Virus record (IMG/VR): IMGVR_UViG_3300037512_001928
Location: 32,001-96,000 of that record
Origin: a virus
Taxonomy: Duplodnaviria > Caudoviricetes
Reading direction: 5' to 3' (one strand)
DNA: 64,000 nt
Of this stretch, positions 20,760-33,746 are shown in pieces. The notes under the pieces are model-generated. The model was not told the DNA's origin and searched no databases. It saw nothing but the letters and a program-made list of their open reading frames with translations. Both the position numbers and the translations under genes were made by a program. How positions within the stretch are numbered: position 1 is the stretch's first letter; every line of letters starts with the position of its first letter.

Positions 20760-21690
20760 CTCTGGAAGCCTTATATTACAACGGTTTCAGCGATTTTTAT
20801 ACACAACTATTAAATTTGATATAACTATTGATAAATTGCCAAAAAAGCGCAGATCTGTATACATCATTTTACATAGTACTTCGCCTGTTGATGTATACAG
20901 GCTTCGATCGATGCAAAAAGATATGTTTTTCCAACTTAAAACCTTTGATTTTACTTGTGTTTGAGATAAAAATAATATGTTTATACCATTGTCAAATATC
21001 GTCTGTTTTTGTGCTTTTTTGATCGAATTATGAAAAACAGCAAAAAATAATTTTTTCAATTCATAAAGCTTTATTTTTCAATAGGTTTAAGGCTTTTAAA
21101 ATATGTTTATACAGCAAACTGTATACATGTGGATAACTATGTGGATAACATCATTTTTACCCTGTGGATAAGTGGTGTATACATGTGGATAAAGTTGGCT
21201 GACTTATCCACAAGTCATATTGATTTATAAGGCTTGCAATATGTTTTTTCCTGTGGATTACTATGAAATTTTGGGAAAAAAGCCAAATTTTGGCAATTTT
21301 GTTACAAATCTGTTAAATCTATTAAATTTTGGCTTGCGAAGCCTTATTTTTCAATGTAACACTTTTGTAATATTTGACAGCCTGTGGATAACTTGCCTTT
21401 TTGGCTTGCAAGCCTTGTTTTATAAGGCTTTGAGCGTTTTTATATTTGATCAAAGGAATCGATTTTCCAAAACCTGTCAAGCTTTTTCTGCATTAACGTT
21501 AATGTGCCTGTATTTTCAAGGCTTCCAGAGCTTGTCAAGGCCCATTTCGCAAAAAAAAACCAAAAAAACCTAAAATTTAATATTTGACCGTTGTAAAATA
21601 AGGCTTTGCGGGTATTTATTAATTTTTTTGTTACAATTATGTTACGAAGTGCCTGGAAGCCTTGTAAAATAAGGCTTTGCGGGCATTTTG
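20760..21690. promoter_or_regulatory. Probable replication origin: DnaA-box cluster and AAGCCTT-N7-AAGGCTT palindromes
   Basis: TTATCCACA boxes at 21128, 21140, 21163, 21184, 21204, 21383, TTATACACA at 20797; palindromes 21410-21430 and 21657-21677; AT-rich; coding-strand switch point. Confidence 0.75.
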
Positions 21691-21826
21691 GCAAAATCTG
21701 CCGAAAAAATCCCTTCCATTATATGCGCGTAAAGCGTGTGCTTAAAACGTGTGATATACTTGAGGCGGTCCCCGTTATCAAAAAAACAAGTCCGGCAGGG
21801 GACGCCGGCAGGAAGGAAACAATCCC

Positions 21827-22450
21827 ATGAAAAAGATTCGCAAGATGAGCGGAGCAAATAAGCCCGCCCCCGCTCCCGCCCCCGTTGTGGTAAAGCCCGC
21901 CCCCGCTCCCGTTGACAAAGTTGCGGTACGTACGCTATACAGTCCTGCATTGTCAATCCCTACACAGGGAAGAAAGGAAGAGAAACCCATGGAAAAGACT
22001 GGAATCGAATTCATCTCAAACTATCCGCGGAAAAATGAGAGAGTGCTAATTTGGGATATCCGTGAATCGATCGTCAATAGTGATAAACACAAATTGTTTT
22101 CCCTTGTGAAAACATGGTATGTTATGGCAAAGAAGGATATCCCTTCCGATACAATCGTTGTCGCGATTGCGGGCTTGCTCTTGCGCATGGTGACAACTGG
22201 AAAAAATGCATCCGTAAAGAGTGAGAAGGTTGCTACCATGGACATTTTGGGTACAGGACGCGTAAAGGCGTGGTTATATACCATTGCCGACGGACGTTTT
22301 GAGAATATCGCAACGGCGGAAAATCGTCCGGAAGAAAAGCCCGTCAAGGCGCGCCGTTCCAATGTTTCCCGGAAAAAGGTATCCGAAATGACAAGGGACG
22401 AATATCTTGAACACATGGCGCGCCTGTATGATGAGAAGCATTCCGCCTAA
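21827..22450 (+). CDS. Hypothetical protein with PAPAP repeats
   Basis: First gene of the right arm, RBS AGGAAGG; alternative start at 21989. Confidence 0.6.
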   Translation: MKKIRKMSGANKPAPAPAPVVVKPAPAPVDKVAVRTLYSPALSIPTQGRKEEKPMEKTGIEFISNYPRKNERVLIWDIRESIVNSDKHKLFSLVKTWYVMAKKDIPSDTIVVAIAGLLLRMVTTGKNASVKSEKVATMDILGTGRVKAWLYTIADGRFENIATAENRPEEKPVKARRSNVSRKKVSEMTRDEYLEHMARLYDEKHSA

Positions 22451-22516
22451 TCCAAAAAGCGCCCGCATCGGGCGCGATATACAGATGGACGCCGTCTGTA
22501 TATCATGCCCGATGAA

Positions 22517-22606
22517 CAAGATTCGATTCATTCGGCTTGTGGGCTTGTTCGCAAGATTCGATTCATTCGGCTTGTGGACGTGTCAAGATTCGATTCATTC
22601 GGCTTG
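22517..22606 (+). repeat. Three copies of the 23-mer CAAGATTCGATTCATTCGGCTTG
   Basis: Exact copies at 22517, 22552 and 22584. Confidence 0.95.
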
Positions 22607-22614
22607 ACAATCGG

Positions 22615-23350
22615 TATCCCTGCCCCGGAAAATTGCATAAGTAGTTTGATGCCCTAAAAACAGACGTTGCGGGCATTTGAGAACGGCGTGATTCGTACGG
22701 TTACAATCGCGACTCGTTTGAAAGCAACAACGTGAAAGCAAGTTATTGTTTCGCCCTGCTTGTTAGTAACGTTGTGACGAAAAGCAATGATTCCGGTTAG
22801 TTAGTACGGTTATAAAAACCGTAACCGCTCACTTGTGAGAGAGCGCAAACGCAGGAATTGCGCATGAGCAAGTAGTGATTCATCAGTCACGGTAAAGAAT
22901 TGATTTGACGGCGATTCCTTTATGGTGGTGTGGGCGCGGGCTAACATGATCCCGCTATGCAATGGGCGTTTGTCGAACGGTCTCATGATACCACATAATA
23001 ACATGGCGCATGACTCAAATCTTGTGAGAGTCTCGTGTCGATCCTCCCCGCGTTTGCGTAAACTTGTGCAAGTTGCAAGCGTAGAAGAATCCGCGAACGG
23101 CAGTAGAACCTGCGACCTGAAAAGGTGGAAACGCGGTGCACACCCGAAAACGGGGGCAAAAAGGAACGGTACTGCATGCGATGCTGATATGCGATAGGCG
23201 TACGGTGCAGGGCGTTGTCCGGGGGGCTGAAGTGCGTACTATGTACGTAGATAGGCACACGCTAAAAGGCGAGCGGTGAAATATAAGTGTGCAAATTTGT
23301 GGCGCTACCGTTGAGCTGAAGAAGAAACGTGAACGTGCAAGCAGGATTCC
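22615..23350 (+). ncRNA. Large structured RNA candidate, about 730 nt
   Basis: No credible ORF; long-range complementary segments and many short hairpins. Confidence 0.45.
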
Positions 23351-23425
23351 GCGATTGGTTTATCGAACTTTCTATAACGGATTTTCTATAACAGAAAATC
23401 CAGATTAGGAAGGGAGAATTCAGAT

Positions 23426-23671
23426 ATGGCAGAAAAAGCAAAACGGAGATCTGGGGACAGGCATAGTGCCGGATATCAGGCGGAATATCGCAAAGAGAAT
23501 TACAAGTTTATGGGATTTTATTTGCGGAAAGATTCCGGTATGATTGAAGGATTACAAATTGTTGCCAAAGCCAGAAAAATCTCTGTGAGCGAATATATCC
23601 GTTGCGCTGTTGAAAATCAATTGGCACTTGACGGATACATACCCGGAGAACCGTTTATTGCGGAAAATTAA
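23426..23671 (+). CDS. Ribbon-helix-helix-like DNA-binding protein
   Basis: YKFMGFYLRKD...AKARKISVSEYIRCAV. Confidence 0.6.
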   Translation: MAEKAKRRSGDRHSAGYQAEYRKENYKFMGFYLRKDSGMIEGLQIVAKARKISVSEYIRCAVENQLALDGYIPGEPFIAEN

Positions 23672-23715
23672 TCCGCAATTTTTTTATGGTGTGCTTTGCA
23701 TACACCCAGTGGAGG

Positions 23716-23746
23716 ACGCGGAGCGGAATTTTCCCTCCGCGTTTTT
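23716..23746 (+). terminator. Intrinsic terminator
   Basis: ACGCGGAG/CTCCGCGT hairpin followed by a T run. Confidence 0.6.
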
Positions 23747-26700
23747 AATTGGGTGCATGCCCAAATAATATATGGCGAAATGCCGGAAAGAGAGAAACAA
23801 AATGGAAAACAAGATCACTATCACCCTGAACATGGCGGAAGCAAAGAAGGCTACAGTCAAATTCGTGGAACCCGTTGCGAACGAATACGTGCCGGAGAAG
23901 CTCGGAACCTTGTATTTGAACAAGGTCATTCTCGCCGAGAACAGCTACAACGGCAAGCCCATCACAATCGAAATCACGAAGGGCGCGGATCCGGACGGAA
24001 TCGTATTCATGCCGGAAAAATGCACGAAGACAACTGTCAAATTCAATGAAAAGGTAGAAAACCAGTTCTGCCCCGCCGTGATCGGAGATCTCTACATCCC
24101 GAAGTACACCCTCGCGGAGCTTGCGTATGCCGGTGAACCCATCAGCCTGAACATCCTATTCGAGGACTAATGCGGAGGTGCAGAAAACAATGCCGGAGTT
24201 TTATATTCGCATTCGTGCGCATGGTGAGGTCGGAATTATTGGTGCGCAAAATGAGCGCGAAATGAATAATCTCATGCGGAATTTTACACATGATCCTGCT
24301 ATTACAGAAATCACTACCTATCGTAGAGCGGAAAATAACCCGGGAAAGTTTCATATCTGTCGGAAATAATCACAGAATCATGCGCGAATAATCCCGTTGC
24401 TCTCTGCTGATCCCTTGTAAATCCGGGGAGCGATGCGGAACGCACTAACTATTACAACTAAATCAATATGGAGGATCACGCAAATGCCTACAGGTCTTAT
24501 CTTTGCACTGATCGCGATCATCACTCCCATTGCGGGCATGATCGTTGACAATATCCGTTTCAACAAACGTATGCGGAAACTGGAGGCGGAACTTTCCGCC
24601 CTAACTCACTAATGCGGAGGAACGAGAATGAGAAAAGATCATGGTGCCACGGTCATTGTGACCAAACCTATCGGGGAAATTGGTTGCAATAATGGTAACG
24701 TTCTGACAATGGACGTTGTCTATAACCACAAGGTTGTCCGGAGTTTTACAAGCTGTGCTTGCGGACACGGCTGTGGCGGAACGGATGACTATGACAACCT
24801 CCAGATCGCGTTTAAGAACTGGATCTGGGAAGAAGCCTAATAAGGAGGGATTATCATGAAACGTACAATGCGGAGATCTATTCGCAACGCGTTCGTATAC
24901 GATGCGGACGTTGCGATTGTGGAACTGGATGAGAGCTATCAGCCCCGTCATGCCGATGCAAACTGGATCATTGCGGAAATTGAGTCTGCGATTGGTACGC
25001 TCTGCGGACTGCTTGCTATTACCGCTGAGAACATGGCGGAAATTGCCACGGCGATAGTAAAGAAGCACAAGAAGCCTGTGTGTGTGCCGGAAACCAAGCG
25101 CCCCATTGCAAGCATCCAGAAGATCGGCAAGTACAAACTCACGATTCCAATGTTTAATGCGGAATTTATCCCCGCACGATCCAGAGCGTTGGAACCTATC
25201 TGCACATTCGATTACACCTTTTCGGGAGGCTACCGCGATGTGGCGTGACGAGTACGAGAGTCAATCCATGGCGGAAAAGGTAGCACTGTGGTGCGCGGTT
25301 CCGCTTACCCCTGTGGTCTTTTTCCTGTTGTGGTATCTAATCGGAGGATAACATGCCTGACAATGAAATGATCGCCGAGATCAAGATGCAGATCGAGAAA
25401 CTCCGCCAGGAATTAAAGGCGGAAACCGACGGTGAGCGGAGAAGGGAAATCCTCGCGAACATCGCTGTGTTCCGCGAAGAACTGACCTATACCATTTGCG
25501 ACCTGTTCGATTAAGAAGGAGGAAAAGAAAATGTTCAGTTGTGTTACAGAAGGGCAGCGTTTATACCTGTCCGCATGGGATTTTAATTCCTGCAGAGTGC
25601 TTGGCTCGTTGGCGGAAATCGTCCGCAACAATGGCGGGAAAGTAAAGCCTGCCCCGACCATCATGGCGAATAACCGTACGTACGAACCGGACGCGGAGCC
25701 GGTGCCGATCTATGGTCATGGTTACATCTCGTTTACGCTGGACGGAGACTACTACTACTTTCAAGTAGATAGTAATCCGTTCTTCGATCCGATGATCCTG
25801 AAAGCTCGGATCGATAACGGGAAATATCGCGAAGTATATTTGGAAGCATTCAGCAGGGAATGGATCTATGATTGCATGTTCCAGATCGCAAATGATGCGG
25901 AGATCCGGGAGATTGCGGAGATTCTGTTCTCCCTGCTCATTAAACGGAAGTGCTGTGCACCTGTTCCGCCGGAAAAGCACAAGGTAAAGGTTGAGAATCT
26001 GTATGATAACGGATGGCACTGGGAATATAAGTCGGAAAGTGTGAAGTACAGGAAAGTGGAGGTTTGAACGAGATGACAGGACTGCGGAGGTGGGTAGCGT
26101 GAACAAGAATGTTGTGAAGCGTGATGAACTTCTCTTCGGCGGATATGAGCAGGAAAAATACTGTGGCGGAATTCGGGACTTCGATTGCCTGCCGGAAACG
26201 ATACAGGAACTTCTGGATAAGGACTTTATTGATCCTGAGGGATGCCAGAATTGCTCCCCGTCTGTTAAGGAATTTATGGAGATTGCAAAGACCGAAGGAG
26301 TTGAAGCGGAGTTTGGCGGATACGCAGTCTCACCGCACAGGGAAGACTACCGGGTGACCATCACGGATATCACAGTCGAATTCGATGCAGCAAATACAGC
26401 CCTGTTGATTGAAATGATTGGACACCTGCGGTATGCAGACGACTTCAGCATGGATTTGTGTGACGGAAAATGGCGGATTTACGCTTGGTGGGATTGAGGT
26501 GCAGAAGATGAATTCATACAAGGTTCGGCTCCGCTTTTATGACCGTATGCCAAAAACTGTATACCTGCAAGCGGAAAACAATGCGGAAGCTTTCAGCAAG
26601 GCGCACCGCTTCATCACGCCAGAAAGCAATTGTTGCGAGATAATTCCGACAAGGATCAGCAAAAAGTATATGGCGGAAAATCATCTGGAATACACACCCG

Positions 26701-27861
26701 ACAAGATTTTCCTGCCGGAAAGTACGGAGGGAATCTGATGAGTCAGAGAGTGTATTCTGTCGCTGATATTGAGAAACTGTGTTTCGATCTCTCCCGACAT
26801 GGTTGGGAAGTCCACCATATTGAAGAAGGGGTGCTCGGCTGCGGGCATATTATCCTTGTCGCGCCCGAAGGTTATTATCACGTTGAGATAAAAGAAGTCT
26901 ATCTCAACTGTTGGAGTTCGGGTCACATCATTCGGAGACACGCGAAGTTATCGCGGAGAATGCGGAAACTTATCGGGGAGGGAGAATAATGTACGCGAAA
27001 ACGTACAACGTTAGCTACGATATATCAGAGCGTCCTTTTTCGGATGCTGATTTCACAACGCAGGGCTTGCGGGAATATCCGCAAGGTCAGGTGCGTATGG
27101 TGCTGACAGCACAGAACATCGCGTTATATATTCACCATCGATTTCCGCACGAAAAGATCAATGATCAAATTTGGAGCAAAATAAATAATTCGGAATTTGG
27201 TTTTGTGCAGATTGAATTAAAAGCCCATCGCGGAGACAGGGCGATACATCGAGCTGTATCGTTTATGGAGGTGTGATTGATGAAGCCCAGAAAATGGAGG
27301 GTAACCTATGACGTGCAGGAAACAACCCTGTCATACGCGGGACCCAATTATCATGTGTCTCGAGAACAATATGTCGGAGAAATCGAAATGATCCCGACAG
27401 TTGGGAATGTCCGGAGGTATATCGAAGAGCAATTTCCGGATGACTCTGTGGATGAGACGTGGATGACGTTAAAAGAACAAATCTCTGACGGACTGGAGTA
27501 CGGAATGTTCAGCGTGAGCCTGAAAGAACATCCCAACGACAATATGGACACGCGCAGTGTCGGATTTTTGGAGGTGTAAGAAAATGGATAGGCTTGTAAT
27601 TTATAAGGCGATAGGGAATCTGAAAGTGACGCCCGAATCAAATTACAATACCCGCATCCAGAATGCACGGAAAATCATGGATGCAAGTAACTTCGATAGT
27701 CCTACGGAAATCATTGCCTATTTCATCCAGTACGGATGGGCACAGAGCGAGAGCGAATTCATCGTGATCGAATAAACGCGAAAAAATTTTATCCTATTAC
27801 CTTTGATCCGATAATATTGCACTAAAGCTATAATCACAAAAAAAGATCGGAGGATAAGATC

Positions 27862-28716
27862 ATGGTCTTTGATGTTACAAAGTTCCTTGTTCCTGAGAGC
27901 AAGGCAAAAACAGAGCGTGGAGCGCTCATAATCCGGAACCACAACGCCAAAGTTATTGAGATCGGTCGGCGTATCGAAGCGGATGATAAGGAATGGCTGT
28001 GTAAAGCCGTTACCTTTACGGAGCACAGCAAGAAGAGCAAGATGGCATTCAAGCACAGCATCAGCACGAGTGTTCGCCTGAATCCGTATTGTCAGGCTCG
28101 GCAGTGCATGAGGTGCCGTGCGGATGGCAAGGAACCGGTGTGCCCGTATTGCTTCGCAAACGCGATAAGCAATGCCCGCCCTACGGTGGACTATTCCACG
28201 ACTCGCAATAGCGAGATTCTATGGAACGTGGAAATTCCGTCAGATGTATGGCGGAAGGTGCGCGGAAAGGAAGTTATAAGTTGGCATGAACCGGACGCGA
28301 GAATTCAGAGCCTCGCGGACGTTGCCTGTGTTCGTGAGTGCCGTAACTATATCCACCTGACAAATGCATTTCCGGAAATGCGTTGGGTACCGTGGAGCAA
28401 AAATGACTGGTTCTGGTGGAATGCGTTTCAGCAGTTAGGAAAGCCTGAGAACATGAACTATATTCACAGTTCCCTGTTCTTGAATGAGATCGATGAAGGG
28501 CCGATCTGGATGCAGCCGTTCATAGATTACATCTTCACGGTCTTCACGGAGGAGTTTGCTCGACTCCATCCGGAGATCGTAATGAACTGCTGCACCCTGA
28601 CAAATAAAGGACGGCAGTGCCGTCGGGATTGCAACGACTGTTATGTCAGGGGTAAGTGTCGTTACCGCAATGAACTTGTCCGGGGATATAAGGGAGGTGA
28701 GAAGACCCGGAAGTGA
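27862..28716 (+). CDS. Cys-rich GP88-like phage protein
   Basis: C..C...CPYCFA N-terminal cluster and C-terminal Cys cluster. Confidence 0.4.
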   Translation: MVFDVTKFLVPESKAKTERGALIIRNHNAKVIEIGRRIEADDKEWLCKAVTFTEHSKKSKMAFKHSISTSVRLNPYCQARQCMRCRADGKEPVCPYCFANAISNARPTVDYSTTRNSEILWNVEIPSDVWRKVRGKEVISWHEPDARIQSLADVACVRECRNYIHLTNAFPEMRWVPWSKNDWFWWNAFQQLGKPENMNYIHSSLFLNEIDEGPIWMQPFIDYIFTVFTEEFARLHPEIVMNCCTLTNKGRQCRRDCNDCYVRGKCRYRNELVRGYKGGEKTRK

Positions 28717-28717
28717 C

Positions 28718-28749
28718 GCAACAGTTATATTAAAAACGTTCTATATATA
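28718..28749 (+). promoter_or_regulatory. Putative phage-sigma promoter
   Basis: GCAAC-N15-GTTCTATATA. Confidence 0.6.
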
Positions 28750-31700
28750 TACGAGGAGGGAAACAAAATGAAAAAATATAGTATCACAATCACAGAAAGC
28801 TCTGCTTGCACCTTTACGGTGGAAGCGAACAGCGCGGAAGAGGCGCGGGAACTCTGGTTCAAAAACGGCGACCGTTATGAAGACATCATTAATCGTTGGC
28901 TTGAATGCGGATATTGTGGACGGGAAATTTCGCCTGCTACGGAAGTTGCCGGAGAGACCATGATTGATTTCTCCTATGACGAGATCAAATAAGGAGGATG
29001 CACATGGATATCAATCAGGCTGTCGCGGATCTGGAAGATGAAAACCAGATCCGCTTTCCGGACAGCAAAACCCGGGCAGAGTTTATCGAGGACTGTATCG
29101 CGGTGGAAAGGTGGAAAACAGAAATGTATGACAGAGATCCTGCCTATCGTCCGGACTGGAGGATGATTATCCTCGATAACGCGAGATGGTATGGATATTC
29201 TATGGAGGAAGTATGAGGCTCATTGACCTGAACGATCAGAGGGTATACACAGTTGCTGACCTGCACCGCGACTGGAAAAAGCTCCGGGTAGCAGAGCCGG
29301 AGAATCACGCCGATAATTTTCGGACAGAATTGTTGGAAATCATGATGGCAACGGTTAACTTCCGAAATGATCTTGAGATCATTGGTCTGACCCATCGAGA
29401 GGTTGATCACATGATCCTCAGATTGCGGAAATAAGGAGGAAACTCAAATGACAATCAAAAAAACGATCGAAGTTCAGATCGAAGTCGATACAGACGATAA
29501 CAAATTCCATGTTGCAACCATGGAACCCGAGACAAGTATATATACGGAATTTGGGTGGTTCGTTTGTACATCAGATGAGTCTTGCGAAGAGTTTAGACAA
29601 ACAATTGGTAATGAACTTGAATCATGGGTGAGCAGTTGGCTCGAAATGTATTCCGAAGAAGATGAAGACTATAACGATCCAGAATCAGAATATAAAAACT
29701 TTGTAGCTTCAATGACGTACGGTGCGGAGATGGAACCGATAACAGTAGATGAAGCTACGTACAATATGGAGCAGTGGAAAACAGATGGAATGTGTATTCC
29801 CAAAGGATTAACCGCGGAAAAGTACGCAGAGATCTGGAATGCGTGGTACAGAAAAGGAGCAGAAAAATGATTGAAGTTTGGTGTAACTTCCACGGCTATT
29901 TGGAGCCGGAGAGAGGATCAATCCATGGCTTCTGGAAAAGCCTGAAAGCATTCATGGATTATATGTGGGCGTATCGGGTCATAGATGACTTGGAAATACA
30001 GGTTGCGGATCCCATCAAATATGCGACATGGAGCCGCCAATTAATCAATGCGGAGGTGTGTTTATATGAAGAATGAGACAATGCCACTGTGCTTGGAGAG
30101 TGTCCGCGATATTATGCGGATTGCCCATCCGGACAAATATGTCAGATTGGAGTACATGGAAGAAACGGAGGAATCAGTCGCGAAGTGGAACGAATGGTAT
30201 CGGAAATATCACAACATCCGTCCCGGTCAGCAGAATATCTACATCTTTGACGAAGACGGTCTGTTATATAAAGTGGACGTTACATGGGATAGCACACTTA
30301 CGGCGATCCACGAACTGATGGAACTTATTGCGAGGAAATTCTAATGAAGATGTACAAACAATTCCGGAAGGACAAGAGCGGAAACCTCCATCCGCTCTAC
30401 GTCCTGTCCGATCAGACAATCCCAATCGGAGTCTGGTTGAAAGCTGAGTCCGGAAAGCGGACAGAATCCGGCAAGGTTGTCAGCAAACTCGGCGGTCTCG
30501 CCTACCGCCCCGGATGGCATCTATCAGAAATCCCATACGCCCCACACATCGGGATCAAAGAGAATGGGAAAATCCGGTGGATGCATGACTCCACCGTGTG
30601 GGCACTATGCGAGGTTGATGACACCCTCGATTATACACCCATTGCTCATGAATGCGGGATGAAGAATGGAAAGTTCAATTCGCGTAATGCTTATATGAGG
30701 ACAATGCCAGAGGGAGGGTATTACTGGTATAATACCAACCCTTCATCGTTCGGTAATTGGATGATTGCCGACAAGATCCGCGTTGAGAAGGTGCTGACAG
30801 ACGCGGAGGTCGAAGAAATCTGTTGGACGCAGTTTGGAGTCCATAGTATGCCTCATCGGAGAACGGCATAAGTATATAGGAGGAAACAATAATGGAAAAT
30901 ACGTGGAAGATTTTTAAAAGATCTATTCAGGCACCTGATGTAGTTAAGCACTTCCGTGTCGGACTCACTCGTGAAGAGGCGGAAGCTATTTGTGCCGAAC
31001 ACCATTACATATATCCCTCGTATGATGAATACTTATATGACTTGGAGATTTGGGAGGATGATGGAAATCATAAAGATCCGACATATAGGATCATTATGAT
31101 CAACACCTCATGTGTGACAGACCGGTATGTGTTAGAAACTGGCTTAGATGCAGACGATGCCGTCAATATGTGCAACACGAAAGGTTGGGTCTACTGGCCC
31201 GCCGGAGGATGGCGGTATGAGATCCGGATCGAAATGGAGGATGAATAAGATGACGTACAAAATAGTGATGACTGCCGGACGTATACACCGTGATATGTAT
31301 ACCGGATTGACAGAAGAGGAAGCGACCGAAATATGCGAGGGCTACGGATGGGAGGTAGCTCCTGATGGCGGATTCGTCTGGGATCTTGAGATCGAGGAGG
31401 AGGACTAATGGATATCCGGAAAGAAGCGAGGCAGAGTATTGATTATGCCGTAAAATTGATGTACGGCACGGATAAAGATTCCGGAAACGATGCAGAAACC
31501 CGTGAAGCCAAAGCTTTTTACCAAGATTTAAAGTGGGTACAAGCAAGTACGACCTACGAAGAGTTTCTTGAACGCGGGCAGAAAGTCTATGATAAATGGA
31601 TGGAAATAATTGCTCATGATCCCGAATATTCAGATGGATATTTTCCATCATGGATCAATCCATGGGAAGAATTCAAATGGGCTTTCAAATCGGAAAAGGA

Positions 31701-33332
31701 GGGTTAATTCAGATGTATACCGATATGGACATTACTGTGGGGCACATCATGAGTAACCCCAATTTTGACACAAATTGTGATATCGTAATCTTTGAAGATG
31801 ATGGCGATATGGAGCCTGTGTTATATGAAAGCGACGGTCTTGATCACCAGAACAGCAATTATATCCCAGTCGATGTTCTTGCAATGACAATCACATACAT
31901 CACAATCAGAAATAACAAGCTTGCGTTGGGGGTAAGATAAGGAGTGTGGAGGGTATCACAATGGCAAATAAGAAGTACCGCGTCAATGGTTCTGAACACT
32001 TTAATCTTTACTCCATGTACGAGAAACTAAAGTGTGAAGAAATTGATATGGAAGACGGAGTTATTCCCTACGATGAGAAACTTTTCGACCGGATCGAAGA
32101 AATCGAGAAGCTTATGGAATCTGCCCCTTATGTTGGAGCTATGGTTGACTGGCAAACACTCAAACGGATCCGTGAAATTAAGGAAGAACGGCAGAGGATC
32201 AGGTACGCAACATGTCTCGCAGCAGGGGACCCTGAACGCGAAGCAGCGCTTGCATTTGAAGTATGAAGGGAGAAAAGCAATGATCTATTTTGTAACCTTT
32301 GACATTCAGAAAGATTGCCAGATCAAAGAAATGGTTTTCCATTGCGATGCGAAGAACGCTAAGGAAGCCAAAGTAATCGCGAAAAAGTATTGGGAAGATC
32401 GGCATTACAAAAGTCACCAGTTTCACATGTACGCCAAGAAGTCCGGGATACAGAATGTTGACTATCTTAGAGTCCGTACTTGGAAAGGAACGGAAATCAG
32501 AAAGTCTGCCGTCATGGACCACGCTTACTGCACTAATATTAGTACATGGAGGATCGATGGGATCAACCAGTATGGGACAAAGAAGGGACTCTACTATAAG
32601 AGATAATCAGATGGAGCCGAGCCGGGCGGCTAATCCCGGCAGAAAGGTGGAAAAAGTAATGGAACGTAGAGAAATTTATGTAGGGTTTGGAGATACATTC
32701 CCGCCAGAAGATGGCTCTTGTGGTAAATGGAGTCGTGAAAAGGTCTTTGTTATTCCGCTGATTGACGGAATTTCCGACAACGTGTGGAAGCAGATATACA
32801 AGAAAACAAACGAATACAAACCAATGTATGAAGAAGATGGATCTGCGGTTTTCTGCGATGATGAAAACTGGCAGATTGTTCGCAAGGTTGGCGGAAAGTG
32901 TGTCAAGATTGCCGATATAGTTGCGTATATTTGATACAGACAGAAGTGACAAAGGAGGATTTACACGATGGCACAGTTTATTTTTGAAGGGCGAGGCAAG
33001 GGTCAGTTCAATGGTCATGAACAGATCGCAATTCATAACATCAAACATGCTGTCAATTGGATTCTGGGAGGATATTACAATGAATATCAGGATGGAAACG
33101 ATGAATACCTCCCAGAAAGCAAGGCAGCTCTTGTGGATGATATTTATTTCAGCTCAATGATGAATGGATACTCGAATGGGTGCGAGAGATTCGGGAAGGC
33201 TCCTAAAGAAATGCGCTTTGCAGGGGAAAAATTTTGCAGGGCATACATCAATTGGGCAATCGAACGTGATGGAGACTATAAAGAGCTTGCGCAGTATTTG
33301 AAGTGGTAACATATCAGAAGGGAGAACCAACC

Positions 33333-33746
33333 ATGAATCATCAGGAAGCCATTAAGTCACTCCCCTTCCCTGTTGTGTTTATCAACTGCAAGACGGAGCC
33401 ATTCATCGACATGATCATTTCCGGAGAGAAGGTTGCGGAAACCAGAAGCAGAGATACTCTACGCTCGTTGGTTGGAAAGACTGTGTATCTCGCAGAAACC
33501 GGACACGGCAAGCCCGTTGTCAAGTGTTCTGCGCAGATCACCAACTCGATTCCCTGTCGATGTAAGGCAGACTGGAAAATGTTCCGTAAGATGACGGGCA
33601 TCCGTCCGAACAGTCAGTATGAATGGAAGCCTGAGACAAAGGTAAAATACCTGTATATGTTGGCAAGCATTACCCCGTGCAAGAGTTTTGTTCCGCCGGA
33701 AGGCACAAGGCACGGTCGGGTATACATGGATTATCAGAACATTTAA
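33333..33746 (+). CDS. ASCH-domain protein
   Basis: PFIDMIISGEKVAETR (GxKxxExR) motif. Confidence 0.7.
   Translation: MNHQEAIKSLPFPVVFINCKTEPFIDMIISGEKVAETRSRDTLRSLVGKTVYLAETGHGKPVVKCSAQITNSIPCRCKADWKMFRKMTGIRPNSQYEWKPETKVKYLYMLASITPCKSFVPPEGTRHGRVYMDYQNI

Noticed and set aside
20760-21690. Host chromosomal oriC or a prophage boundary
   Set aside because: No dnaA, dnaN, rpmH or other host genes; phage-type genes lie on both sides
19925-21830. Short ORFs listed in the AT-rich pivot region
   Set aside because: No RBS, low-complexity translations, and overlap with DnaA boxes and repeats; judged non-coding
22517-22606. CRISPR mini-array
   Set aside because: Gaps of 9-12 nt are too short for spacers and no cas operon is present; the 44157 nuclease sits in a replication context
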